Positions 24,275 through 35,881 of a stretch of DNA of 64,000 nucleotides are shown piece by piece (the first letter of the stretch is position 1; each line of letters opens with the position of its first letter). A program made the translations under genes and the position numbers. Source of the stretch: Perkinsus olseni. Its lineage: Eukaryota. The stretch is from positions 1-64,000 of the forward strand of contig JABANN010000061.1 in NCBI GenBank assembly GCA_013115125.1, given 5' to 3'. The notes under the pieces were generated by a model. That model was not told the origin of the DNA, did no database searches, and saw only the letters and a program-made list of their open reading frames with translations.

Positions 24275-26857
24275 ATGCCACCACTACCTGTGGAGCACCT
24301 GGCGGCCGATCACCCATCATCAGCTGGGATGATAGGCCGCTTCGAGTCCTCCTCCTTCAAGAAGCGTCTCAGTGGTGGTGCCTCATCGTCAACAGCAACA
24401 GCAGCCCCGCCTGCTACTACTGACCACACGATATCTGAGCCTCCCTCCCTGAAGGCTGCTGCTGTGCATCGTGTAGTTCCCCCTCCTCGGCGGTATGAGC
24501 ATCGGTACTCTGCCCGAGGAATCTGCTTGGCCGCCATCCCCTGCATCGGAGGGGTTCTCGTGGCCTGGGTGATGATAACGGATGTGTATCGAAGCGTCGA
24601 AGTTACCCCTGCGATGCTCTTGGGCGTCGTCACTGCCTCTATAGTCCTCACCCAAGTCTTCCTCACCTCCCGGACGCCCACTGGGCAGCAGCCGCTAGGC
24701 CCACCACCACAAGTGGCCTCTGCAGTACCACAACAAGAGCAACAACCGCAGATTAAGCTCTTTGGGTCACCTGCAGTGTCGTCGATGACCGCCAAGGTAG
24801 GATGGAGATATTTTCGTGGCGCGGTGAAGGTGATGAGAATCTTTGCTGTGCGGGCATGTTCATCGAAGGCGTATCTTACGCGCCTACCTTTAGAAAATAT
24901 CTCTGTCCTTCAGAGTAATGATGAATCAAGGCAGAATGCGGTGGTATCTTACCCTGACCCTAGGGCTACACAGGACAACCCCCTCAGCCCACCGCCGGCC
25001 CATCACAACCCAACTGCCGGATCCCATGCTTTCATCTCGACTCCGCATCGAGTAGGGCTTGGCTTCTCCTCCGGATTTTGATCACCTTCGGCTTCCGCAG
25101 GTACCCAGCCCCTACGCAGTGGCAGAGACCCCTTCTATGTCTTCGATCAGTGCAGCCTCCACTCCTATTGGACGACCACAGCAGGACTGGAGCAATACCC
25201 GCCCCGGCGGACTACCGGTATGAGTCGGTGCTGCAGGATGGACTCACGATGTTGGACCCCGGTCGCCCTCAGTCTATCGCTGGCGTGGCTGCAGCTGATT
25301 TGTTCGGCCATGAGGTCGTGTCGGCCTGGGCGAGGACTGTGGCCTCCGACGTCCTCGATCGTCAAATCATCGAGCCCCTCATTCGCATGCTGGCCGTCAG
25401 CGACTCCCAGTTGGGCAACGCGGTGAAGTAGGTCGTCGCTCCTCTCTGAAACGCTGCCACTGCTACTCCGTCCCCTCAGGGTTGCTGGCCAGGGCTTCTT
25501 CCTCGCCTGTGCGACGGTTACTGATGGCGGAAGGACGGTGACACGGCCACCGATGGTATCACCCTCACCGTCTTCGGTACCCAGCTACCTCGTTGTTCTC
25601 TCTCAGTCCACAACGAGCAGTTCTATGGGGTTGGGAGGGGAGCCCTCGGCCCTACCAGGAGCCATCTACCTCTCCGACCGTAACCTGCCCCATCCCCTCA
25701 GCAGCCTACCCGAGCTGAACGCAGCATGGAAGCATAGGTGCTTGTGGCTTGACCAGCATCTTTCGGTATCTCTTCGCAGGCTGGTACTGGAACGCTACTT
25801 CCTCCTCCCACCGATCCAGGAGGCCGACTCGATCTCGACCCCCTCGGGGTATGGTGGGGGCCTCCTCTACCCCAGCCGGGATTACGTAGTGGCTCGAGTA
25901 TGCGACTGGGCAACGTAGGTCGAGGTCGACCTGCGAGCCGCTTTGATGGTTACTGTGATAGGCATGGACTTCGGTCGGGGTACCAGTATGATCAGAAGGA
26001 GGTCCCCAGCACGGCCTATGGCGGAAGGGGCTCAGGGGATGCCACAGCGGTCCCCACCACTACTTGCGATATCGTCACAGATTCTAGAATACTAGACCAT
26101 ATACTATTACAGTAAGGCCGGGGTAGACCGATCGGGAGGGGCCGGAGGGTGTCTTGTTGTCAGTGCATTAGACTGTCACATGAACGCCGGTGGCAGTGCC
26201 GGGGCCCGCCCGTTCACCTCGACGTTCGTGAGGTCTGTGGACGTCCGAGACGCTGCTGCGGTAGAGTCTACTACTGCCGCACAGGTAGGTATCCCTTCCC
26301 TACCTGTCTCCCTTTGTACTGCGTATCAGGTGCCGGGCCTACCACGGCCGTCGCGATGGTCAACGGGGGGCTTGGGACTTGGTGGCCGCCGAGGAGCTGA
26401 CTCGCCAGTATGGATCCAGAGGTGATGAGGGTCTGCACGCGGGGTCCCCTTTTGGCCATGCTTGCTCAGATGCTACGACACTTCGACCGGCATCGTCACC
26501 TATAATGTTGTGGATGCTACTCGAGTTAATGCACGGACCGTCGGCGGAGCGATACAGAGAGAAGCTGGCCCCTCGCGGGCGGGAGAGACGATGGTGTGCC
26601 AAAGAGGGAATACCAACATAGTCCAGGCGCTGGCTGTGTTCCTTTGGTCCTTGAAGAAGGTAGTACGGATACTCTCAAAGATGCAGTCAAACACCCCTGG
26701 GCGTCGTCAGGCCTCCCCCGACCACTTCAGTACTCTTCCCAACGCCTTCAAGCATGCCGTTGGAGAATTCCCTCCCCCCAACCCACAGTCGGGGGTCAGT
26801 GCTGGTGTCTTTGCCACGCCCTCTCTGCCGCAGTACTTCGCTCGACGGTCTGTATAA
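24275..26857 (+). CDS. TMEM209-like (CytochromB561_N family) nuclear-envelope protein; multi-exon
   Basis: Two N-terminal TMs, S/P-rich linker, then RDYVVARVCDW, TDSRILDHIL and C-terminal GNTNIVQALAVFL, matching TMEM209 motif order. Confidence 0.6.
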
Positions 26858-27135
26858 TGTTACCACTGCCACCACTACGTTTCCTCCCCCTTCACTGTGC
26901 TCTTCGTTCAGTGGTCAATCCCTGGACTATCTTCACCCTCAGTTGCTTGCCATCTGTTGCTGTCGACTGTGCATGCCCGGGGTAGGTCATGATTGTGCTA
27001 GCCCGCCTCAGCGCCCGTCTCAGAATTCTGCCGTTAATACTACCACTACCATCGCCGCTGCCGCCCGCAGCGGCAAGGGAGGAGGGGGCCTCAAGGGCCC
27101 GTCGGATCGGCTCAGTCCCGATAATCGTAGAGCTT

Positions 27136-28761
27136 ATGACCATGACCTCGGCCCTGTTGGTGAGGGCTGCCTAGTCGGTTGTCTCCTCTTTGGCGATGCG
27201 GCCGAGGTAGGTACCCCTGTGACGAGGGCCTGTTCCACATTGTCCCCTCCGTCCCCGAGCCCTTCCAAGGGGAGTGACGGCATCGACCGTCTAGCTGTGT
27301 TGCTGAAGGACTCCATCATGACTGCCATGGAGACTAGGCTGGCTAAGGTGATAGTGTCTCGGCCTCATCGCATTCACGACTGGCCCCTGTCCCCAGCTCG
27401 AGGAGGATATTCAAGGCCAAATCGGAAGTCTGATGAGCCACGTACAGATGGTGGACCACAGGGTGGAGATAGCTAGGATTGAACAGAAACAGCTTGGTGA
27501 AGAGGTGCAGGCCAAGATACAGGATATACAGGTACTAGTACTAGTGCATGCAGCTCAGGCTCCTCTGTCGTCATCATCCTCCTGTTCGCTCAGGATGCGC
27601 TGACGCTGCATCGAGGACAGTTCCTCAACGCGGTCGCTACTGTTGAGCAGTCGGTGGCCAGTGCTGTAGCCACGGAGCTGTCAAGAGGGTGAGCAGCTCA
27701 GACCACAGTGAAAGCCACTGCTCCCTTCGATGTCAGTCGCGCCTCGCCGGCTGTCGCTATTTCCGCCACCGCCTCCGCTACTCCCTCCAACTGTATTACA
27801 CCTAGCCTATCGGCCCAGGACGTGACTCCGCATCGCACGCCCCTGAACCAGGTGGGATGCCTCTGTCACTTGTGCTGCCCACAACCCGAGTGTGGCAGAC
27901 CTCAGTGGCCTCTTCCTCCCCCACCACTAGCCGCCTGGGCAAATCAGCCCCTCACAGTGGGATACATATTTCCGAGACTCCTAACGGCACGGCCCCGCCT
28001 ACCCCGGTCGGAAGAGAGAGTATAGTTCCTGAGCCGATGACCGGGGCGGAGACTACCCCGAGAAGTACCTCGCCGACCGAGACTGATCAGGTGCTGCTAG
28101 TCTTGGCCGTTGATCTCTATCACTGTCTTCGCGGCTGTCAGGCTATCGACCTTTCGACTAAGCTAGCATCATCCCTCAGTGAGAGTGGGTTCTATGTCCA
28201 TCGTGAAGCTTTTAATTACATCATATCTTGGGATACCGATGCCCTCAACCTCAGAAGAGGGTACCTCATGTGGGCCTTCAAGGCTGCTGGCTTTCATAAG
28301 GATGTAAGATGACAGTCTATTCGCCACTCGAAGCAACACTTACGTCAGGCTATCCGCCCCTACCCGAGCGGGCCGGGCCTCTTGGACGGTATGATCCTTT
28401 TCAAGGCTGGCGTTAGAGACCATCACATACCCACTCTAGGTACTGTCGGGAGGAGTCAGTAGCCCGACGGCTCATTCTCCTTTCAGTTTCCTTCATGACG
28501 CGCGTGGTGGAGATAGCTGGCACCGCTCAATCGACATTGTTGGCCTCGGCTAGGAGGGAGGCTGATGAGGCCTCCACTTCGAGGATGTTCCGTCAGGTAG
28601 GTCTAGGTGGTAGCATATAGTGCATGATGGCCCTTCAGATGGTGTCACAATACCCTGGGATGGTCACACTTCGGGAGGAGCTAGGCCATTGGGTAGCCAA
28701 CGAGGGCTTCGACGCGGCTGTGTTGTTGATGCCCCATGCTACCCTCAATCCGGTCCTCTGA
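27136..28761 (+). CDS. Hypothetical coiled-coil protein; multi-exon
   Basis: Exons splice to heptad-like METRLAK|LEEDIQGQIGSL...VQAKIQDIQ; ends LNPVL* at 28759-28761. Confidence 0.55.
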
Positions 28762-29032
28762 GGGAAGAGCTCACATGAATGCCTTTAATGGGTTAAGTAG
28801 TGCTAGTAGGGAAAATAACAAAAAAACATAATCGTTGTTGAAGCCGCCGTCCCCCTCCGCGGGATGATGATGCAGCCGGAGCAGCAGCACCAGCCACCAC
28901 CGTCGAGAATAGAAATTGGATTCCTTTAACTAGTATCAATAATATCTGAGCTTGTGACCACGTCTCTCACTACACACCTTCGCTTGCGTTCAAGATACTT
29001 CAGGAAGATTCGTGGTCGCGGGTCTTCGTGGC

Positions 29033-30465
29033 ATGGACTTAGTTCCTTTGCTAGTTGCTGGAGCTTTCTCCTACTACCTCATGACAGCCCTGACAGGCGG
29101 GGAGCTGTCATCACCTCCTTCAGAACGCCGTAGACCCTCACGGCGATTGTCACCGTCAATGCGCAAAGCGTACCACTGCAAGCCTGCTATCAACCACCGC
29201 TCTCGAGGGCTGCCTGAACGCCTGCTGTGGCACTCCGATGGAAGCCCATCTGACCGAAATAACCGTTACAGCTCATCATCTGGCAGAGGTGACTCGAGCC
29301 CGTTCGAGGTGGGGCCGTTCGACCTCAGTCCGACCGGCAAGAGACTCAACCTTGCGCGGGCGGCTACTTACATTGGAGTAGTGGATAGACAGGAAACCCT
29401 CGGAGGACCGGAAGAGGAGATACAGGAGCCTTTCGAGTGGAGCATCACAGCGGTTGGGTCGTATTCTTGTCATCGTAACTCAACGGCATCGGACACCTAT
29501 ATTGTGGTACCAGGGCTGCCTCCTGTCTACTCCCCGCCAGAGACGGAGCAGGAGGTACAATTAGAAAAGAATTTGGAGTAAGGCTGAGGCTACTGGTTCT
29601 TAGTCATTGAGCAGTTGTCTTTGTTTTCAGAGGTCCCGAGGACGTCCTGATGCACTTCGACCTCAGCTACCCTCTCAGAGCTGCCCGGCGAGTTATCGAC
29701 CACTGCACTCCTGATTTCGACTGGTCTAAGGTGGACCTGGTCACTAATCGAGGGACTCTGTGCGATCTACTACGGTTCATAGGGGCCCTTACTAGTCCCA
29801 ATCAGAAGTCCAAGCCCTTCGAGTTCCCTTTGAACGGAGCCATCAATGGCGAGCCAGCGACGGTGGAATGCAGCTACAGGCATCATACCAGCTACAGGGA
29901 GTACAAGAATTCTTTCAAGATGGCGATGACCTCCAACCCGCCTGGCTCGGAGGGACTCTACCGTCACCATCGTTTCTCACTACTCAAACTTGGCCATCTC
30001 AATGTGGTCGTCAGGGCGGAGGTCGATGCTATTGTGAAGGAAGTGGAGAATAACAACGTGCATCTACACGATGATGAGTGGAAGTTCTGTGACGAAGGGC
30101 GATGTGCTGTGTGGACCCAGGAGGCAGGAGCATTCAACCCTAATGATACCACTGTGGAGCTCAAGTGCCGCACGCTTAAGTGTCCCCGTGCGGGGTTCAA
30201 GGCGGCCTACTATCAGATGGCCCTTGGTGACAGTGACAAGCTGGCCGTCGGCCGACACCAAGACGGGCATCTAGTGAAAGTTGAGGAATTCACCCTCGCT
30301 GAAGTTCATGAAAAAGCCACAGATAACATTGACAAGCGCTGGGCTCAGTTGGGGAGGCTCTTGGAGGAGCTACTTGACTTGAGCTATGGAAGGCTATCGA
30401 GTATCGTTTGGAATGGTAAAAGTAGCAAACTTATTGTGAAGGCCCGGCGAAACGAGTGGGCCTAG
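29033..30465 (+). CDS. Rai1/DXO-like PD-(D/E)XK protein, paralogue 1 (exons 29033-29577, 29631-30465)
   Basis: VGSYS..IVVPGLPP, DWSKVDLVTNR, VVRAEVD, VELKC, YYQMALG, LAVGRH; hydrophobic N-terminus. Confidence 0.75.
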
Positions 30466-30797
30466 TGCTCGTCATCATGAGAGCGCGCTACGATTGATTG
30501 ATTCTCCCTACTACGATTCTCTCTACTGCTATCTCTGTAACGTACGAAGGACTACTGCTGCTGCTACTGCTGCTGTTGGTCATCATCAGCGTCAATTCTA
30601 TTTCTGTCAACGACTGCGACGACACCTATTTGGTATATTATTTTGGTGCACAATTCATCATCCTCATCAACATCATACAGTGATATCATCATCAAGGGCT
30701 TTATCATCATATCATAATCCTGTGGATTTGCGTTGCAAGTCGGGGAGGGAGCATCACGATGGTCATAGCCCGTCATTTGCCGCTCTCGCGAGTCGTT

Positions 30798-32012
30798 ATG
30801 GACTCGGACGGCACGGGGTCCTCACCAGCGTCTAAGAAACCTCGAGGTGCTCCCCAATTGCCATACGCCGTACCACTGGAGGAGGCGCAAGCAGGAGCAC
30901 AGGAGGGGATACAGTGGACGACTAAGGCCATAGGGTCCTACTCATGGGACACGACATCGACACTGAAGGAACCACGCATAGTGGTACCCGGCCTGGCGCC
31001 TGTCTACAGCCCAGCGAAGAGGTCCTTCACTTTGCAGCGAGAGACAAGGTAAGGCCGCCTCGGTCGTCCCCTCAATGATCTGGTGATACTTTTCAGGCAT
31101 CCTTCAAACTATGTGGAAGAGTATGACCTGAAAGTTCCCACCGAGTCCATCCTTCACGTCATGTCCGTTTGCCAACCCAGCTTCGACTGGAGCGCCGTGG
31201 ATCTTGTGACAGACCGTAACAACCTCCGGAAGCTTCTACGCTTCCTGGAAGCATCGCCCGAGGCCCCGCTCTTCCCTGATGCCGAGGAAAGCTTTGAGAT
31301 AATAGTGGATGTGCCGAGTGGTCGAAGGCCCGTTGTGTTCACATGCGACCTTCAAAGAGATGCCCAGGCCCCCCTGGGCTTCGGCCATGCTTTCGAGGAG
31401 CGCCTGACTACCGTGTCCGAAGTGGCTAAGACTCTGCGCGGTTACTTCAGGCTCATCCTGCTTGACATTAACGGGTTCAAGGTCGTTGTGCGGACGGAGG
31501 TCGATGCTCTCGAAAGTCCGGCAGAAGGAGGGGCCGTTCCAGAAGGCCCCTGGAAGCCTCTCACAGGCAGCGCGACGGGGCAGCATTACCGACGATGTGG
31601 CGACTTTGACGCGGCTGATGGCACCGTCGTTGAGATGAAGAGCAAGAGTGCGTTCTTCCCTGACTTCCCGTGGAGGTCCACATTCTACCAGATGCTGCTC
31701 GGCAAGGTTGACAAGCTAGTCCTTGGCTGGCACAAGAAAGGCCGCTTCCAACCACCCAAGGAGTACAGCTACGCTGAAGTGCAGTCGAAAGCGAATGATG
31801 ATGTGGATAAACGACTAAGTCAACTGGGTGCCTTACTGGAACGAGTGGTCCACTTCGTCAAGCATGCGGGAATTCCGAAGGCGCTTAAGTTGGTGTGGGA
31901 TGGCGGTGCGACTGATCTCATGATCGAGCTTAGGCATCTGAGCAGCAGCGATGAAGAGGCTGATGCTAGTACATTAACTTGTAAGTTTTTTGAATCGTAC
32001 ATTCAACCGTAG
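30798..32012 (+). CDS. Rai1/DXO-like PD-(D/E)XK protein, paralogue 2 (exons 30798-31048, 31097-32012)
   Basis: IGSYSW..IVVPG, DLVTDRNNLRKLL, GFGHAFEE, VRTEVD, VEMKS, FYQMLLG, LVLGWH. Confidence 0.8.
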
Positions 32013-32555
32013 ATTGATGACGATGGCAAACGTCAATTAGCAGCCTCTTCTAACCCATGGCTGTTGTGTTGCTGCTGATGGATACTGAAGATAGATAACG
32101 GAGATGAGAATCTAAGCGCCGTTTTTCCTATGGGAATTCGAGGCAGGGTTTAGAGTACAATAGCCGGTCTGTTTTTGTGATGGCACGTGAGAAGATGTGA
32201 CGCACTGCATGCTTCTGGGGCAATGCTTGGAAGGTCCCGAATCCGGACCTCCCCACCTTGTGAATATTAGGGTGGGAGAAAGTTAGGCTGGCCATTCCGA
32301 TCGACAATTCGGCCGAATGAATTGCGTTGATAGATTACTAGTACCACCGCCCTCCTCAATACGATAATTATGGTATCATAATTTGATTTCTTGAGTTCCG
32401 TCTCTTTTATTGGTGTTTCGCTGTCACGCTTGAAGCGCACGCGTGCTTCAAAAGGGAGAAAATGACAATCAGCTGGGGGCCTAATGTCCCTGGTCTCTTG
32501 TAACTTGACTGTGTTATCAGCTTGAGGGATTTTTGCCCCTTTTTAACAAACCTTT

Positions 32556-33750
32556 ATGTCGAACCCTGGGCTTCCCCATCGAAGAAACGCAGACTGAATG
32601 AGATCGAATTCCCTTACAGAGTCTCACTTCAAGAGGCTCAGACCGACGAGCCGGACAGCTTAGTGAAGTGGGACCTCCAACCTGTCGCCTCCTACTCGTG
32701 GGACCGTTCCTCAACCGCCAAAGAGCCACTCATCGCGATACCTGCACAAGCTCCTGTCTACAGGCCAGTCACTACGTCCTTCCAGGTTTACAAAGATACC
32801 GGGTGAGTTCTTCGGACGATGCGCAAGCATCTATGGTCGTGCCAATCTTCGTGCTGCTCAGGGAAGGCAGTAGAAAAATAGAGTGGGATCTCGGCAACCC
32901 CATGGAATCGGCTTTCCACGCTGTTGCTATATGTGACTCCGACTTCGACTGGTCCACTGTCGATCTGGTCACAGACCGAAACAATCTGAGGAAGTTGTTG
33001 AAGTTGGTGGACCCAGTGCAGGACAAGCCGTTTTTCCCGGGTGCTGAGGAAGGCTTCAAGATTCTCGCTGATGTCCCGGCTGGCAACAGACCGGTTGTGT
33101 TCACCGCCCACAGGGAAGGCTCTGCGAGGATTCCCAGAGGAGTAGGTATACCCTTCGAAGAACATATGACTGTGGTTCCCAATGGAGCGCGCACATGCGA
33201 GGAGTACCACAGGCTCGTACTGATGAATATCGGCAGTTTGAGAATCCTCGTAAGGACGGAGGTCGATGCTATGACGACCATTCCCGAACCAGAGTCTCTC
33301 TCTGATGAATGGATGCTCTGCAAAGGCAGTGAAAAGATGCGCTACCAGAAGTTTGGCAAGTTCAACGCCGATGACACCGTGGTCGAGCTGAAGAGCAAGA
33401 GCGCTTTCTTTCCTGATTTCCAGTGGAGATCTACATTCTACCAGATGCTACTTGGTAAGGTCGACAAGCTAGTTCTTGGCTGGCACAAGAGAGGCCTTTT
33501 CAAACCACCCACGGAGTACAAGATATCGCAAGTGCAAATCAAAGTGGAGGATGATGTTGACAAGCGTCTCCGTCAGCTTGGTGCTTTGCTTCAGCGCTTG
33601 ATAGATGTTTTCAAGCAGGAAAAGGTGCCAAAGGCGTTGGAGCTTAACTGGAGTGGCGGCCGAGCTGATCTTATCGTTCAACCGCGAGAAGTGTCAGACG
33701 ACACTGGTGTCACGGAGACTTGCAGATTCGTCGAATCATTCATTGAGTAG
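32556..33750 (+). CDS. Rai1/DXO-like PD-(D/E)XK protein, paralogue 3 (intron ~32803-32861; apparent 1-nt frameshift near start)
   Basis: VASYSW..IAIPA, DLVTDRNNLRKLL, GVGIPFEE, VRTEVD, VELKS, FYQMLLG, LVLGWH. Confidence 0.78.
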
Positions 33751-34387
33751 ATCGCCCAAACTCGTAATCGTATCGCCCAAGTGATCTCGAGATTGTTCAG
33801 TGTCGCTTGGTCGCGTCGTGTTGGATAGTTCTAGGTGGATCTGGGAAGGCTGCCTCGTTGAAGTTCAAGTGATCACTGCTCCTCCCACGTGCGGTGCAGC
33901 TTGTCGTATAAAGGCGCCCCCTGCTACAGCACCCGCCTACTAGAGACTCTGTTTGCTTCACAGGAGCTGACGCATGCAATATTCCCCGTTACGAGTTGGA
34001 ATTTTAGATCCGTTACAATCACTAATGGCTTAGGGAGATGAACGTGACCGTCTCACGAAATTTTCGTCTTTGATTTATGCCTCTTGAAGACATAGCAACA
34101 AAATAGGCCGTTGTGTGAATGCCTTTGCTATTGAAGTTTTGTTGTATACGGAAGTGGGTGGGTCCAGGTTACCACCTGGCCACTATGGCAACCACTCCCA
34201 GCGGAACCTACTCTTGCATGAGGTCGATAGGGATGACCGCGCCAAACCTACCGACCTGATAATTAAGGGTCTAGGTTGCGGTCGTGCGAGTAGCATAAAG
34301 TTCTCACGCGCCACGAAATTCCGTCTTTCGCGCAGTTTTCATCTGCGATCGCGTGTAGCGCGCGCCACTTTGATCGATCAATCCAGA

Positions 34388-35772
34388 ATGGAATCTCAGG
34401 TTGACGAAGAGGGAGGAACCGTCGAGCCTCAAGGGTAAGCCCCGAAAACCGCTATACCTCTTCTCCCGAGGCTGCGAGTGTCTTGTGGAAGAGCCGGTCG
34501 CTATTCAGGTCTACTGAGGTTCTTGATCGGATAGAACGGGGTTTGGAAGTTGACCTGAATGCCCAGACCTACCTCGTTAAGCTGCCCCCGTGGTTGGCTG
34601 AGCGGGTGCGGTCCAGTGCACCGGGGACGGAGATAGGCAGGAGCGATCCTATCAACGGCACTGGGAAGGAAAAGTGCCGGTTTGCTGCTACTGGATGTGC
34701 TTTGCAAGGGAAGCCGTCCGACTTCGAGATTGTAATAATGGTTGTGGTAGAGTCTTGAGTACGAAGTGACCGATCCTGACGGGCACAGTTGTCGAGAAAG
34801 AACGGCATTATCGGCCATCACTGCTGTGGCTTGTTGTCTCAGCGTGCCACCGGGTCGACGCCCGATGGGCTGTATCTTTTCGGTTTCGGTGATGATAACG
34901 AGAGAGGTGAATTCGAGGATCTTGATGCTGATGAGGCGGACATCAAGGGCGGGTCGGATGTGACCGTCCGTAAAGTGATCGGCAATAGACACATGATGCC
35001 AATGCGAATGGACGCCAAATACAAGGCACTCCTCAAGGTAGCCAAGGGTCCGGCCTGCCTGGGGAGGAGCTTTCCCAGTGAGATAGAGATTGTCGGCTTT
35101 AGGAGCGGCTGGCTGCCTCCAATAACGTGGACCTGAAACACAGGACGGAAGTGGATACGAGATCGGCTGAGTATGCAGCTTGGCCACCTCGCGTCAGAAC
35201 AGTGGAGGATTGTAGTTTCCCTTCAGTGAGCTGTTGGCCTCGCAACAAGTAAAGATGTTCCAGTACGCGGCCTTCCAAGGGGAAGTGGACGATAATAATA
35301 GTGACGACGGATACTCATTCAACGAAGGGTAGTACCAGTAACGATGATGAGAAAAGGGCAACGGCTGGTGGTGACATGCAGGCCCAGTGCCAAGCGGATT
35401 AGGGTTGGAGAAGCCCCTGGGACGAGACGAACGCTGGGGCTTGGTGCTAGTGCCCTTCCCTTGCCTGACGTCCTCATGCGAGTAATAATTTTGTTTCATC
35501 ACACCTGGTCAAGCTTGGGCACGCGCCAATTTTCAGTTGCTAGTGGCAGAAGACTGCGGGTGGACTCTGCAGCAGATGGCCAAACGGTTAAGGGAGGAGG
35601 GCCTTACTGTCAATCTAACCCAGCTTCGACGTAACCTGGCGGATCTCTGCGATTATCAGCGAAGAGCTGGGGACAATCAACCGAAGTAGGAGCCAACCGA
35701 TTTGAGTAGGCCACCCTCACCTGCCCCCTTAGGTACTACTTGAAGGCAGAGTACAAGCAGGGCGGTGTGTGA
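34388..35772 (+). CDS. Transcription initiation factor IIF beta subunit (RAP30/Tfg2)-like; multi-exon
   Basis: LEVDLNAQTYLVKLPPWLAERV N-domain, MPMRMDAKYKALLK, winged helix WTLQQMAKRL...LADLCDY...YYLKAEYK. Confidence 0.75.
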
Positions 35773-35881
35773 CTGGAAGGAGACGATGATTTGAGTCTTG
35801 AGTTTCGAGAAAGCTTGCCTGTTGGGTTATGAGTTCCGCAAAGGGGTAACTTTGGTTAGTGTTTTGAAGGGGCTCCATCCC

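Noticed and set aside
32430-32451. Hairpin TTGAAGCGC-ACGC-GTGCTTCAA as terminator or element end
   Set aside because: Isolated short stem in a eukaryotic intergenic region, with no partner TIR or target-site duplication
29033-33750. Geranylgeranyl pyrophosphate synthase label often attached to similar proteins
   Set aside because: No DDxxD prenyltransferase motifs; motifs fit PD-(D/E)XK
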